A stretch of DNA of 47,936 bases, counting the filler, from Catajapyx aquilonaris (taxonomy: Eukaryota), in assembly GCA_000934665.2 (NCBI GenBank). It is 2 parts of 2 records of this genome, joined end to end, with 100 filler letters (N's around TTAATTAATTAA, not from the genome) between each part and the next. Parts side by side here need not be neighbours in the genome. Positions count along the whole stretch, not along the records: positions 23,908 to 47,936 come from JYFJ02005627.1; 1 more part is not named here. One strand, written 5' to 3'. Below, piece by piece: positions 23,908 through 37,128 of this stretch. Made by a program: the position numbers and the translations under genes. Every line of letters begins with the position of its first letter. Position 1 is the first letter of the stretch. The notes below the pieces were generated by a model, which was not told the origin of the DNA, did no database searches, and saw nothing but the letters and a program-made list of their open reading frames with translations.

Positions 23908-25136
23908 AAAATGAATCATTAACTAATACACATGTATCTGAAACATTTCAGCTTCGGAAATCCAGATATAACATGCACTTATGCACAAAGGATTGGCATT
24001 TTTTCCAGATTTTACATTTCAGCGGGCTCAGTCAACTAGAAACCACATTATATTCAAGACTTTGCCAAAAAATGCATCATGGCTTTTTAATAAAGAGGTG
24101 ACTGTTGATTATTCTTAATATCTGTCACACTGGATGGCGAATGGTTCGATGACTGAGTTTGTTGTATTGATTCCTTTTGCCAATTTCCAAGATCTGTAAA
24201 ATCAAAAGGGTTTGAAACCATATCCTCCTGAGACCCCTAGTACACCTTTCAATCACTTTTTTTTTTACGCGTTTGAGTTAGTCAGAAGGTGCTGGAAAAA
24301 ACAAAGGTACAGTATACTGTACCAGGGGTCTCAGGAGGATAAGATGTTTTTTTTTTTTTTTCCCAAGAACTCTGACTGGAAGAGGATACAACCACGGTGA
24401 AATAAATCCAGGGTTGTAAGCCCTGATTGGCCAATTTGTAGTTCCGAAATTGGAAAATTTGCGAATTTCAAGGCCAAATATCTCAAAAGGGAGGGGGGGG
24501 GGGGACCTGCAAAAAATGTGTTGGCCATGGGTACTAGTACTTACAAGGGAAGACCGTGACGTGTCACTAACGGATTTGGACAAAAATCGCTCAGTGGGTA
24601 AATCACATGCGTAGAATATATTCACTGGTGAATGTAAAAACCCACACTTCGCAGCCATTTTCGAGATATGAGTGACGTCAGATCCGGCGCGCTCAATATA
24701 GTGCATCCTCTTGCTCCCTTTTTAGACTTTTTATCATCATCGAAAAAAGTCTCATAGAACGGCTCTGTCTGTCCGTCTGTTGACAGGTATCAGGCCCTCA
24801 ACCGCAACAGATACTGAGCGGCAAACTGTTTTCGGATTCGGATTAAACGTGACCTAAATAGGTGACCGATTTTCCGGGTTCAGAAGAGTTTTAATCGCAT
24901 AGCTTCGTCCACTTCCGATCACACCACAGATGATGACACGGAACAGGATGAGGAATATGTGAGCAACGACGAACATGATCCTAAGTACAACAAAGTGCAG
25001 AAACCACAGAAGAAACGAAGTGTTACTTTACATCCAAGGCAGCACTAACATATACAACCGAGTCGTATCACCACCACTTCCATATTTTAATCAACAATCA
25101 GGTTAGTTATACAGGACTTGTGACTGAATTAATGTA

Positions 25137-25223
25137 CAGTCCCACTCATAAAGAATGGTACTACTCGGCTACTCGCCAGCATATTCAAAGGGGAAATCGT
25201 ACCATTCTCTATGAACGGTACTG
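25137..25223. mobile_element. 87-bp Tc1/mariner-type mini-MITE
   Basis: TA-CAGTCCCACTCATAAAGAATGGTAC ... GTACCATTCTCTATGAACGGTACTG-TA. Confidence 0.65.
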
Positions 25224-25599
25224 TAAAAGCGTACTTGTGATACAATGGCAATGATGATGTAAACCATTCTGCAGGTAGTAGCAGTGACCATCAGAGCCAC
25301 AACCTGAGTGTGCAAATTGGGGACTCCGCCTCATCTTCCACCCCCATTGGTGACAGGTCTGAACACAGATGTCCACTATCAGATACTGATGGCAATGATG
25401 AAGATGCCAAAGTGTCAGAGGTCACTCTCAAAGAAATTGGGGTAGCCAACATAGTTGAAAAGCTGCTAGTTCATGCAGAGAAGAGGCGTGATGCAGGAAC
25501 AACACAATGGGGATCCCCAAGCACATCCGTTTCGCTGGAAGGTGAGTGGATCGTTAACTTGTGACAACTGCAGACCTGCTGGATATGCATGCATCACCA

Positions 25600-26000
25600 C
25601 AGCCACTCCTGGAACTTCCACTAGACATGGTGACACAGTTCCCGTTGGACTACCTCCAATCTTTTGTTGAGAGGACCGCCAGCTTATACGGAAAGCAGAT
25701 GTAGGTATATAAGATGCATAATTTGATTCATATAGCAGAAGATGCAAGAACGTTCGGTTCATTAGATGATTTTAGTTCTTTCCCATTTGAAACCTTTCTC
25801 CATCGAATAAAACGGAACATTAAGAGCTCCCCATCACACATTAGAGCAATTAGTAAAGCGCATACAATCATGAGCAGAACCAAGCTGGGATGTCTACTCA
25901 TACTTATTCAGAGCATCATGTTCGTAATGATGCAAATACTTGATTGTACATATACCAGATGAACAATTTCACAATTAAAAGCAAGGCAGTCCGTGATAGA
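25600..26000 (+). pseudogene. CACTA/EnSpm transposase fragment (internally deleted)
   Basis: PLLELPLDMVTQFPLDYL followed closely by LYGKQM*VYKMHNLIHIAEDARTFGSLDDFSSFPFETFLHRIKR, two motifs typical of animal CACTA transposases. Confidence 0.75.
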
Positions 26001-26023
26001 TTTTGTGCATTGACAAATGGTAC

Positions 26024-26432
26024 GAACCTAGAAAATCGTGCAAGGCGGAACAACAACATCCTTTATGAGTTTATGGAGAACCGGAAGATGCGGAGGAGAG
26101 GTGGGCCGATTCAGAAGCTCATTTCGTAAAAATAGTGCGAAAATATGGATTCCATCCGGTAAAGTTGAGTTCGAAATGGTCCATCCACTGTGGGGGCTAG
26201 GAGAGGGATGCGTGCCATTATTGCGGCCTGCCTCCGTTTTAAAGACAAAGATAAAATCCTGTTCAAAGCCAGCAACTTGCGGATGACCCCTTTCAGCTTA
26301 TCAGAGAACAACGCAACGGTAACGCGTGAGAAGAGACTCCGTCTCATACCGTTTATGAAGAGTGCCAAGGAACGGAACGACCGCGCCAAACTCAAACTGG
26401 ACAAGTTGCTGACATTCAATAATATTGTGTTA
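26024..26432 (+). pseudogene. Non-LTR retrotransposon ORF1 (CR1/L2/L1-type RRM) fragment
   Basis: NLENRARRNNNILY ... RAIIAACLRFKDKDKILFKASNLR...SEN...REKRLRLIPFMKSAKERNDRAKLKLDKL matches the 'LENRSRRNN...RPIIVKF...SED...KL' pattern of LINE ORF1p; frameshifted. Confidence 0.65.
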
Positions 26433-26443
26433 TCGGCCAACCC

Positions 26444-28345
26444 GTGCTGATGAGAATGAAGGTGTCCTTGGACACGCCACTGCCCAAGAGTTGGCCCAAC
26501 TTCCTTAGAGATGATGCCAACAAAACAGCCATGTTCGAAATTATAGCAAAGTGTATAATCCACCAGTTCCCAGGTAACACAAGACATCCCAGGGACGTCC
26601 CACTTTTGTCCCATTCATCCCAGAAACATCCCGGACATTTGGGTCCAAAATAGGATGTCCCAGGGATGTGAACTGTTGGACTTATCACGGCCCTCACTGT
26701 CAGGAGCTTCCAAGGATATGGGCAGGACGTTACTGTTTTTTTAGTTCACTAGAGGGGATTCCCCACTGATGGAATTATGCGCGAGGATTGGCCCCATCTA
26801 GAGCATGGAGAGTTCTCCATGCGCTGATGGGGAAGGCGGGGGAAGGCGGGGGAGCGAAGAGGTATTGCGCAAGCGGCGGTTTAAAAGTGCAGTCGTCATT
26901 TCGAAGCCTGCAAGATATGGCGTAGTGGCTGGAAGCATCTCGTGCTCGTCGGAGTCGTCCTGCCTCTTATTCCTATAAGCAAATCCATTGACTGGAATAA
27001 TCAGCCGCCACTGCCTTAACAAAAAAAGGTAAGATACATACAACCGGCGGACAAGCATATAAACTGACCAATGTGGTTTTGTAGCAACATGTTCGTATGC
27101 CATTTTCAGATGCAGTCAAGATGCATGCAACTAGAATTGGGATAAACGTGACAGACAAAGACATTGAAGTAGCAATGGCAGGGTGGCTACGCCATGCGAA
27201 GGAGAGACGAACGAAAGACTCATCATCACCTGCAATCTAATTGCAACAGACTTTATATTAGTGGATGACAAAGTGATGTTCCTTCCAGCACTTATTATGC
27301 CGATGTATGAATAACTTATAATCATATCAATGTAATGAGAAAAGTAATAAACAGAATCTAAATTGACCAGCAGAGATATAATTATATTACATCTGGATTT
27401 TTGACGGGGGGTGGAATGGAAAGGGGGAGACGTGAAGTGGGGAGGGGGGGGGGGATTATAGGGCGAGGAGGGATATGCATGAGATGTCCCTGGTACATCC
27501 CAGGAGGGTCCTGCGTTTTGGGACGTCCTGTGCACATCCTTGGGAGCAATTTGTGTTAGCTGGGTTGTGGGAGGGTGTCGATGTATTCACTACTCTTGAC
27601 ACACAAGTCATGACAACTAGTTCACGCCTTGATCTTCAAACCCTGAGTTATTGCAATCACGAAGAGGCAGACACACGCCTTATGCTGCATGTTGCAGACT
27701 CTGTGGCACATGGATGCAAGAAAGTTACGATCAGGGTAGTTGACACAGATGTTCTTGTCATCGCTGTTGCCTGCATGCAACAAATGGTTGGGATAGAGAT
27801 GTGGGTCCACCTCGGAACCAAGAACATTCAATCTCAGCTCTCTGCGGTCGCGGGAAGAAGTCGGCATTTGAAGCATGGACCTCATCCCCCGACGCCACGA
27901 ATGGATTCCTGTCCTTATATCAGCAGGAGATTATGACAGTGTCAAGGAAGATATTGAAAAATTCGTGGTGTCAATGTACGACAGGACCACACAACTCACA
28001 TCAGCGAATGAGTGCCCACAGGCACTTTCCACGAAAAATTATAGAGAACTGAGCAACATTCCGCCAACAAGCGATGCTCTGAAACTTCATGCCCTAAGAG
28101 CCGCATATCAAGGTGGACCAGTCTGGGGCCAAGCCCTGCGTGCTGAACAAGAACTCCCAGACCCATCTACTTGGGGTTGGCATCGCCCAGGTGTCGGGGA
28201 CAGGTGGAGTCCAGTGTGGACTATCACACCTCCTGCACCTGAATCCTGCCTGGAGTTAATCAAGTGTGGGATGCAACAGAGCCAGATGCAGGTGCATAAA
28301 ACAGAATATGCCTTGCACTCACCTGTGCCAGTGCAGTGTGATGGA
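26444..28345 (+). pseudogene. Academ (AcademX) transposon C-terminal region: XPG-like nuclease plus Cys-rich finger, interrupted by an EnSpm insertion
   Basis: PKSWPNFLRDDANKT...CNHEEADTRLMLHVAD..KVTIRVVDTDVLVIA...IPPTSDALKLHALRAAYQ...PDPSTWGW..WSPVWT...LIKCG..CRCIKQNMPCTHLCQC; several frameshifts. Confidence 0.75.
26569..27564 (+). mobile_element. Non-autonomous EnSpm/CACTA element (~1 kb) nested in Academ
   Basis: TIRs CCCAGGTAACACAA / TTGTGTTAGCTGGG (13 of 14 complementary), 2-bp TSD TT, subterminal GGACGTCC/GGATGTCC repeats. Internal DAVKMHA..TDKDIEVAMAGWLRHAKER resembles the DUF4806-type accessory ORF end. Removing it restores the Academ frame (IIHQ-L-WEGVDVF). Confidence 0.8.
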
Positions 28346-29235
28346 TGTGAATGGGCATCGTAGCAGCCATAAACATTGTACACCTTGTAACAGCAGGGCT
28401 AAGGGGATTTCCTTCAAAAAGCATAAATTCATAATTACTTTACATTCTTTCTTGCGATCGCTGTCGAAGAGAAATTTCACTCACGTGTGGAATATGTATC
28501 ATGTATAGGTCAGGTTCCATTCATGCTTCCCATATGACCAATAAATCACGGGGTCAAATGTGAAGATCTACTCCCTTCTGTTACCTTCTTTTACCATTCG
28601 CAAGCCATGAAATTCCAGGAAACAAAGTCCACGTGCAAAAATAATAATTTCATGTAAATTGTCCGTGAAGGGTAGGCAACCACTACATCATTGGGTCCCA
28701 TTGCATCACGGTCGTTGCCTATGACGTCTGATGTCATGTCCAGTGTATTTCCACCAAAAATCCGCGACTAAAATGGCTTAAGTGTTGTATTACCGGCCTA
28801 AAAACCATGCGTGAGACTGCTTACTTTTAATTTGCCCAGGCTGGGCAGTTCAGCACAGAACAGATGCAGAGGCCAATCTGGTTAGGTCCTCGCCATCTGA
28901 CCCTTCTTCTTCTTTGGCTTCATCCTCTGGTAGCCAGCCTCTCTTGCATATGAATTTGTCTATTATTCGAAGCTGGCCTGCCACGGTTCTTCAGAAACAT
29001 ACGAGTAGGGTGCGTCCCTACCCTTTTTGAGCCATCTTGAATTGAGCGGAGGTCAGTCGGGTCCGGTTTGCCCAAAAATCCGGACTTGTACAACGGCAGC
29101 TCCAATGCATTTACTGAGATAACTAGACTAATGAGAGTAGTAATAACTGATTCACAGCCTCATTAATGCAGCCACTAATGCAGGATCCACCTGGCGGCCA
29201 CCTTCTGCAGACAATTCACGGACGAAACCTGGCAA

Positions 29236-32228
29236 TTATCGAGAAGCAGATCTCAGGCTCACCACTAATACTACAGTAGATGCAGCACACCAACGCCTAA
29301 TAAGGCAAGAGGTTAAGCATTGGCAGGGTGTGTTGGAGCGGCTCATGGCTATAACGATTTTCTTATCCGAGCACAACTTGGCATTTAGGGGGCATACTGA
29401 GAAATTTTTCGGACAGAACAATGGGAATATTTCCTGGGTTTAGTAGAACTCTTGGGGAGGTTTGACGATGTTATGAGGGAGCACCTCCGACGCATTTCTG
29501 CCGGTGAAGCGTCTGATCATTATTGCAGCAAGACAATCCAGAATGAGTTGATAAATCTGTTGGCCAGCGAAGTTTTAAAACATATTCTCTCTAGAGCAAA
29601 GCTGGCCAGATATTTCTCAGTCATTCTGGATTGCACCCCTGATGTGAGCCGATCTGAAAAGATGTCTTTCATAATTCGATTCGTGGACATACACGGAGGC
29701 TCTGCTAGTGTGAAAGAACATTTTATTGGTTTTAAAGAGGCATGCAGTTCCACAGGTGAAGGCCTTACTGAACTAATTTTAGAAACTTTGTGTCAGCACC
29801 AACTAAAGTTAGAAGATGTCAGGGATAAGACAACGGTGCCAACAAGGTGGGGAAGTATAAAGGCGTTAGCACCAGACTGTTGGTATTAAATTCTAGAGCC
29901 GCATTTGTGCCATGTGGATGCCATTCACTTAATCTAGTAATTTCCGATGCTGCCTCCACAACGGCAGATGGAATGACACTGTTTGGGGTTCTCCATCGCA
30001 TATACATACTCTTTGCCGCCTCTGTCCAACTTTGGCAAATCATGCAGAAGCATATCCCTGTTCTAACAGTCAAACCGCTAAGTGAAACAAGGTGGGAGAG
30101 CCGCGTTAGCAGTGTGAAGGCAAAGATTATGTATGATGCTCTCTGTGAAATCTCAGAATCGACTTCAGATGTAGGGTTGAAGCACGAAGCTCATTGTCTA
30201 GCTGAGAAGCTGTTAGATTTTAAGTTTTTGGTCTCACTTTGTACCTGGTATGATATCTTGAGTAACATAAATGTTGTGAGCAAAGCTATGCAGAACCAGG
30301 ATATGAATTTGGTTACTGCGTGTTAATTGATGGAAGGGTGTCTGGCCTATTTGTCTACTTATAGAGAAGAAGGATTCAATGAGGCTGTCAAAAAAAGCAA
30401 AAGAAATGGGCGAAACTTTAGATGCTGAAGTTGAATTTGTAGAGGCAGTGCGGAGAAGGAAGAAGAAGAAGATATTTGATTATGAAGGGGAGGACGAGGG
30501 AATGAACGAGACACCAGAGGAGCGCTTCAAGAGGATTTTTTTTTTAAATGTAACAATTGATAGAGTGTTGATGTCTGTACAAGAGCGGTTGAAGCAGTTT
30601 ACACAGCATCAAAGTTTGTGGGGGTTTTCTCTATGATTTGGAAATACTCCCTACAGACCTATCCTCCCACTGCAAAGACCTCCACAATGCCCTGATGGAG
30701 GGTGATAATGCTGATTTGAATGGGTCTGAGCTGAATGATGAACTCAGAAGCTTAAATTTTATACTACCAAAAGGGCACGGGACCCCAATTAAGGCTCTGA
30801 ATTTCATAATTCAGAACCAGCTGCAGGGAACATTTCCACATGTGTGGGTCGCATTGAGGATTTTGCTCACAATTCCAGTTACTGTGGCCAGTGCTGAAAG
30901 GAGCTTTTCTAAATTGAAGCTGATAAAAACATATCTGAGATCGACAATGGCAGATGAGCGTTTATCTTCGCTGGATAAGCTTTCTATCGAAAATGGTATC
31001 GCCCATGAGTTGGACATGTCGAATCTAATCCACACCTTTGCAGAGGCAAAGGCTCGAAAGGCACCCTTTGTTTGAGTAAGTGTGGAGGTGAAAAGCAAAA
31101 GGCAGCTGGTAAGTCCGTCATAAAAAATTATACAGGAGCGAAGAAAAACGTGCCATCTGGAAACGCTTCCAAGCTGTAACTACTTGATAGTGGGATTGAA
31201 GAGATGATTTTTTTTTCTCTACATTTTTAAATATCAGATTTGAAAATCATGGGTTGGTAGTTCATCCGCAAATCGGGGAGTAGGTTCGGATCTAGCTGCT
31301 TTTGCTTGTCACCTAGTGGAAGTGACTGGTTTTGCTTGTGGAAAACTGTAGTAATAACGATTAAAATCCCAAAACAGTGTCGTAACAATAAAAAAGTGAA
31401 TTAGATAGTGGGACTACCGCTACTCATGTAGATGTTTCATGGAAGCACAATAATAAACATACTTCTGATACAGGTTCAAGGATTGAAAAAATTTATTGCC
31501 TCTACACCTATCACCGTAATGTAATTCATTGGACCTAGCTGCTTTTGCATACACAATAAGGACTTCATGGCTTGGATGTAGCTTACTTTGCATAGCACAT
31601 ATACTTTTGCAGCCGCTTTACAGCTGGATCTGCTTGGATATGCTGCACCATTTTTGAGTACCAGGTAGAGGACAACATGGGGAAGCCGATGGCACTTCCA
31701 ACTCATTTTTTCCCACGGTCGGATCTAACTGCCTTTGCTTTTAACCTCTACAAGTTATCTAAATATGTATTTATTATATGATTTCAAATGTTTTGAAATG
31801 AGTTGTAATGGTTTGATTTGTGTGTATTTGTTAATAATTTTTGTTTCCTTGTAAAACCATTTTATGTCACTTTGCCATATATTTTCATGTCTTCCATCAA
31901 TCCTTTACTACGTTTTCTTACGTACGTTTTCTTAGGTTAGTGTGTAATATGAAAATGTAAGAACTTCTTTCCAACAAAATACCATTACATGAAACTGCAG
32001 GACAAGTAATTATAATGGCAGTCGTCATTATTTTGTCAAGTGCAAGGTACTACATCAAAGTGGATGAACTTCTGTTTTTGTAATGTTGTTAAATTTCAGT
32101 GAGGTAATGTAATATGTATGACAAGATGAAGATCAATAAAACGCAATAAGTTCCAAAAGTAATTACTGTAAAAAGTCAGTTTTTAATGGGGGGGGAGGGG
32201 GGCGCCATATTACCTAAGTCCGCCCCTG
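29236..32228 (+). mobile_element. hAT transposon (ZMYM1-like DUF4371 + hAT dimerisation domain), pseudogenised transposase 29236-31075, right TIR present
   Basis: HNLAFRGH..NNGN, HYCSKTIQNELI, YFSVILDCTPDVS, VPCGCHSLNL, SETRWESR, VTVASAERSFSKLKLIKTYLRSTM; at least three frameshifts/stops; ends ...CCTAAGTCCGCCCCTG (hAT-type CAGGGGCGGA terminus) at 32228. Left end not found. Confidence 0.9.
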
Positions 32229-32876
32229 GCCAACCCCATTGTTGCTGCTGTGCTTCCTGAAAACCTGTCGAGCAAACTAACGCGATCTTTAGCTACCATT
32301 CCTTCACCATTCTCTCCTCTTCCTGCTTGGCGTAGCTTTGCTGCTGCCTGCCTGACGGAGGGTCATCTTCTTCCTTACGGAGAGCCAGCACCGACCCTTC
32401 AGCGTTGGCAAGATAGACAAAGACAAGCAGGGCGGAACATTTGACTCAGAATGTGTAGTACGATTATTTCAGAAGACAGTCTGCTTGTAAACATGTGTTG
32501 GTTATTACGAATTTTTCAGTATGGGCTACTATACAACGAATGCGAAAGTTAGTTCTCCGATTGAGTATGGCTCATGAGTTAATTAAGGAATGGGCGGCAA
32601 AAGGCATATCTACACAATTTTTTATTGTAGGCTAACTTACAACAAACAGAAAATCGTGCCAATGAGTATGTCTAATAATATATTGTAGGTTGATTCACTT
32701 GTCAGACTCCGAATGACGCACACCTGTTTCCTTTTCCTCATACGTGCCCTTGTGTCTCTTTTTCCGCTTCAGTGAGTCAAAAGAACTGTCTTGTTAGTTG
32801 GGAAACTAATAATTCTTCCTTCCCATCAAAATCACCTATGAATTATTTATACCTCTTATTTATTTTTCTGAAATAT

Positions 32877-32937
32877 CATCATCTTCACGACCTAATTATC
32901 ATCTTCACGACCTAATTATCATCTTCTCCACCTAATT
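32877..32937. repeat. 20-bp tandem repeat, ~3 copies
   Basis: ATCATCTTCACGACCTAATT repeated. Confidence 0.8.
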
Positions 32938-33699
32938 TATCGAACATAATTATTTTTCTTTAAGGCAAAAAAAACATTCCTCTTTCTCTTCCTCTCCTTT
33001 GCAGCTTCAGGGAAGTCAAAACCGATATTAGTGCAAATGACAAAGTCGCCAATTTCATCTTGGCCAGTTATTTTCACCGTCTCATCTAATTTGTGATTTG
33101 CTTGTAACTTACAAAGCGATAATGCACGGTTTTTGTTCCCGGTAAGATCACTTACTTTTTCGTATCGAAACACAATAATTATCATCAAATTTTTCCGCTG
33201 CTTCCATTTGAGTACCCCTTCTTCAGGCCTCGCGTTAAAAATACTAACACGAGTAATTTCAGCTGATATGCAGCACCACGGAGGTTTCTCTTCCATGCTC
33301 TCAGTTGGCATGAAAAAGTGAGGGAAAGTAAGTTGTTATGGTCGGTCGGCATGGAACAACTGTAATCCAGGGCTAATGTCTCATCTCTTTCTGCATGTAT
33401 ATTCCAAGCAGATAATTATCGCGTGCAAATATGCATAATAAGGTATAACTTATACAAATAATTAAAAAATATACAGTGACAGTACTGGAAAAATATGTTT
33501 CGGCATATTGCATTATTGTGAACACATGACTTCATGTTGCGTTGACATATTGAAACATTTCCTGAGACATGTAGGAACCATTTGAAATACAAGGCACTTT
33601 AAATATACCATGAGCATTATGCGGTATACATTTTTACACACATACCTGGTTTGCCCCCTTTTTGCCACATCATTCAGCCTGGGTAGACATACTTCTAAA

Positions 33700-33744
33700 G
33701 CAGCCCTGATGAAGGGTTAATTCCCTGAAACTCGGGTAGGCTGC
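33700..33744 (+). ncRNA. Minimal type I hammerhead ribozyme (Penelope-like element type)
   Basis: Stem I GCAGCC(33700-05)/GGCTGC(33739-44); core CTGATGA (33706-12); stem II AGGG-ttaatt-CCCT; GAAA (33727-30); stem III C-tcgg-G; cleavage triplet GTA (33736-38). Confidence 0.85.
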
Positions 33745-34870
33745 AATCTTGATCAAGTTGCAGTTTTAACAACTTTGCTTTGTCATTTACCAGTCTGATT
33801 TAACTTTTAAATTCAATTAAATACAACTTTGATAATGTAAATTCAGTTAACTTCAATCTAAAGCCTGTGCCATACTTCCTTTTCTTTCTGGTTCAAGTTA
33901 TACATACTGAAATGTAACAAGGGCAAATTCTGTTTGTAAGTGAAATATGGCAATACAATCATATTGATTAACATCATACCGTTTACGAAACGTTATTATG
34001 TGACCTAGCTTCCAGTGTTACTTATCTCAACTCATGGGCAGCCACAGCTTCACAAGTGGAACAACGGAAGAGCAAGGATTACCGATGTAAGGTCTGTAAA
34101 CTTGACACCGTGTTACCCCAGGAAAGTTGGGGGGCCAACCCATGTAGATTTTGAGGCACCTAAGAAAATGGAAGAATGATTCATTCAGCAAATTGCTTGT
34201 ATATGCTCTTGAACCTAAAACCAACCACAATCTGAGGCGACGTGGTCACCCATCAGCGAATCAAGTCTGGAGCTGCCGCAGCTGTCGGACCAGTTCCTGG
34301 CTGAGTACGGGATTGGGGAGGGGGTCAGTCCAGCTGTCCCGGCCATTACCCGGGCGCGGAATACGATTCCCAATCCGGTGGCCTCGACGACATCAGGACG
34401 AGGCCACGCTGTCCTCTCACAGAGGAAAAATGATGTCGGACAAGTTCCCGACGGAGCTTGGGGCGATGGAGGAGGTCAGTCCAGCTGTCCCGGCCATTAC
34501 CGTGGCACGGAACCGTATCAACTCCCCCGTGGCCCCGGCTTCATCCGGTTGCGACAGCGTCAAGGGGCCCATTCGTCGCCGAAAGAGGATTCCGGGCCAT
34601 AGTGAACATCCATGTGGCACTCGCCGACAGCCAGGTCCGCGGGGAGCATGGCGGGTCAGAGAAGGCAAGCCGGTGACCCCGACCCACCACACGCCATAAT
34701 GTGTCAAGGGGATCCCTTATTTTAATTATTTTAATTATTTTATTTATGATTTATTTTTATCTTGTTTTGTTTTTCTCTCTCTCCCCTCTCTTTCGTACAA
34801 TGAATTGTTCCAGTGTTGAGCATAAATTTTGATTGTAGAAATTCTGGCGTTGCCAAAATTTCTTTCTGAT

Positions 34871-35320
34871 TGTCACGAAAGGGGCCATGATAGAATACAG
34901 TAACTTAACATCCACATGCGCGCCATCTTTTTAAACTCTTACAGTGTCGATCAAGGGCGGGCGAAGGTCACCTTTTTTACCATAAATTTTACATGTAGAT
35001 CGATGTATCGGCCATCTTCTTTTCTTTGGTGACTAATCAATCGTTGCATCACTTGTCGAGTTTTTCTTATTGTGAAGGACAAATCCTCACTATAAAAGCC
35101 GTCTTTCGGGTCCCAAAAAATCACTCTCTCCAGGACGACTCAACTAGAAGCTCCAAGCTCTGTAAGTAGCACCTAATTCTTGTACCTTTATAATTGTGTT
35201 TAAACAGGCAACCCTTGTCTGTGTGCACTGTGTACTATCAGTAATAAACCTTTTATATACTGTGAACACTTGTCTTTATCTTTTCTGGTGGCTTGGGTTA
35301 TTGGAAAACTTTAACGTCAA
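34871..35320 (+). mobile_element. Possible solo LTR
   Basis: Begins TGTCACG, has TATAAAAG at 35091 and AATAAA at ~35243, ends near CGTCA; no matching TSD found; abuts the 5'-truncated pogo ORF. Confidence 0.35.
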
Positions 35321-35344
35321 CTGTCTTGGGTTAATCACGTTTAG

Positions 35345-37128
35345 TTGATGACAGAGTCCGTAGACTGGCATGGAAATTTGCTTCTGCGAACAAGAAATCA
35401 TACCCAGCTAAATGGGATGAAAACGAGGCAGCTGGCGTGTCATGGATGAAGTGTTTCATGAGACGCCACCAGAAACTGTCAATTCGCAAGCCAGAACCTA
35501 CCAGTTTGTCTCGTTCACTCAGTTTCAACAAAGTAAATGTGTACAAGTTTTTTTATAATCTTGAAACTGTGCATCGCCGTTTTGGGACTATACCACCACA
35601 TCGTATATGGAATTTGGATAAAACTGGGCTGTCGACAGTACAGGAACCACCAAAAATAGTGGCACCTCGAGGGGTAAAGTAAGTTGGAAGTGCCACCTCT
35701 GCTGAGCGTGGACAACTGGTCACAATGATTGCAGCAATCAATGCAATTGGAAACCTCACACCACCAATGCTAATTTTCCCACGTGTTCACTTCAAAGAAT
35801 TCATGATAAGAGGGGCACCAACAGGCACAATAGGGGGAGCAACTTCATCAGGATGGTCAAATGATGTCGTGTTTGTCCGGTTTTTGAAGCACTTCATCCT
35901 GCATACCAAGCCATCAAAGAAAGAGCCTGTACTTCTCATCATTGACAATCATGAAACTCACTTGTCAGTGGAAGCATTAGATCTGGCATCATCGGCAGGA
36001 GTTGTGATGCTCACATTACCTCCCCATACATCCAACAAACTTCAGCCACTCGACAAAACCGTGTATGGACCACTGAAAACCTTCTACAACCAAGCTTTGC
36101 AGGAATGGCATAACAACCACCCAGGGAAATGTCTTGATATTTATTCCATTGCAGAAGCCGTTGGCAAAGTTTATGAACGTGCTTTTTCCACCACCAACAT
36201 TGTCAATGGCTTCAAGACCACGGGAATTTTCCCCCTGGACAGAGGTGTGTTCACAGATGATGATTTTCTGGTCTCATACGTGACAGATCGCCCTAATCCA
36301 GGCGTTGGAAGTGCCAGTGTAGCGACTCCAGTGCAAGCAGAACAACCTACTGCAGATTTTTTTTCCCACGCACCGTCTACTTCCTGCGTTCCTACATCAA
36401 TTGACAGTGAACTAGTGCTAAATGATGTTTCATCTCCAGAACCATCCTCTCCTGGTGCAGCCACAAGCAGTAAGCCAACCACATCACATTCGTTCTCACC
36501 TGAGGAGGTCCAGCCATTTCCAAAGGCACCGCCAAGGAAAGAAACCAGAAAAAGAGGAAGACCGACTGGGGCAACACGTATTGTAACAGACACACCTGAG
36601 AAGGAAAGTATTAGAATACTGAAGCAGAAGAAGATGAGAAAAGCAACATCGAAAAAGACTGAAAAGGGGAAGTCATGCTGTGGTCCTAAAGCTAAGAAGG
36701 TCGTCAAGCGTCAGCTATTTGAAAGTGAATCGGATGATGACGAAGAACCTCAATTAGACAGCGACAGTGATGCTTCAATTTCTGATGAGAGCCAGACCAG
36801 CCAAGGGGATGATGCCAGTGCTCCTGAAACGCAGAATTTAGCCATAGGAGATTACGTCTTGGTACAGTTTTTGAAGAAACGGGGGCAGCCAGACCACTTT
36901 GTAGGTCAGATTTGTGGCAAAGATACCAGCAACGCAGACTTCCAAATACGGTTTTACAAACGCATAAGAGGGACTTCAAATTTCCTGCCCGACTCCGATG
37001 ACATTTTTGATGTGGATTACTCAGATATTATTCGGAAGCTCCCACAGCCTGGGCAACAAGCAGGGACTTCAAGAGTGTCATCAAGAATATCTTTCAAAAT
37101 TGGGTTTGAAAACTACAACGTGAAATAA
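35345..37128 (+). pseudogene. pogo/Tigger-like (CENP-B HTH + DDE_1) transposase, 5'-truncated, one premature stop
   Basis: AGVSWMKCFMRRHQKLSIRKPE...RIWNLDKTG...GVK*VGSATSAERG...SSGWSN...LLIIDNHETH...LPPHTSNKLQPLD; single in-frame TAA at 35680-35682. Confidence 0.9.

Noticed and set aside
32937..33311. 124-aa minus-strand ORF
   Set aside because: No recognisable domain; AT-rich and probably decayed TE sequence.
34151..34699. 182-aa ORF with a duplicated 27-nt segment, possibly an LTR-element leader
   Set aside because: No recognisable protein motif, and orientation and PBS could not be established.
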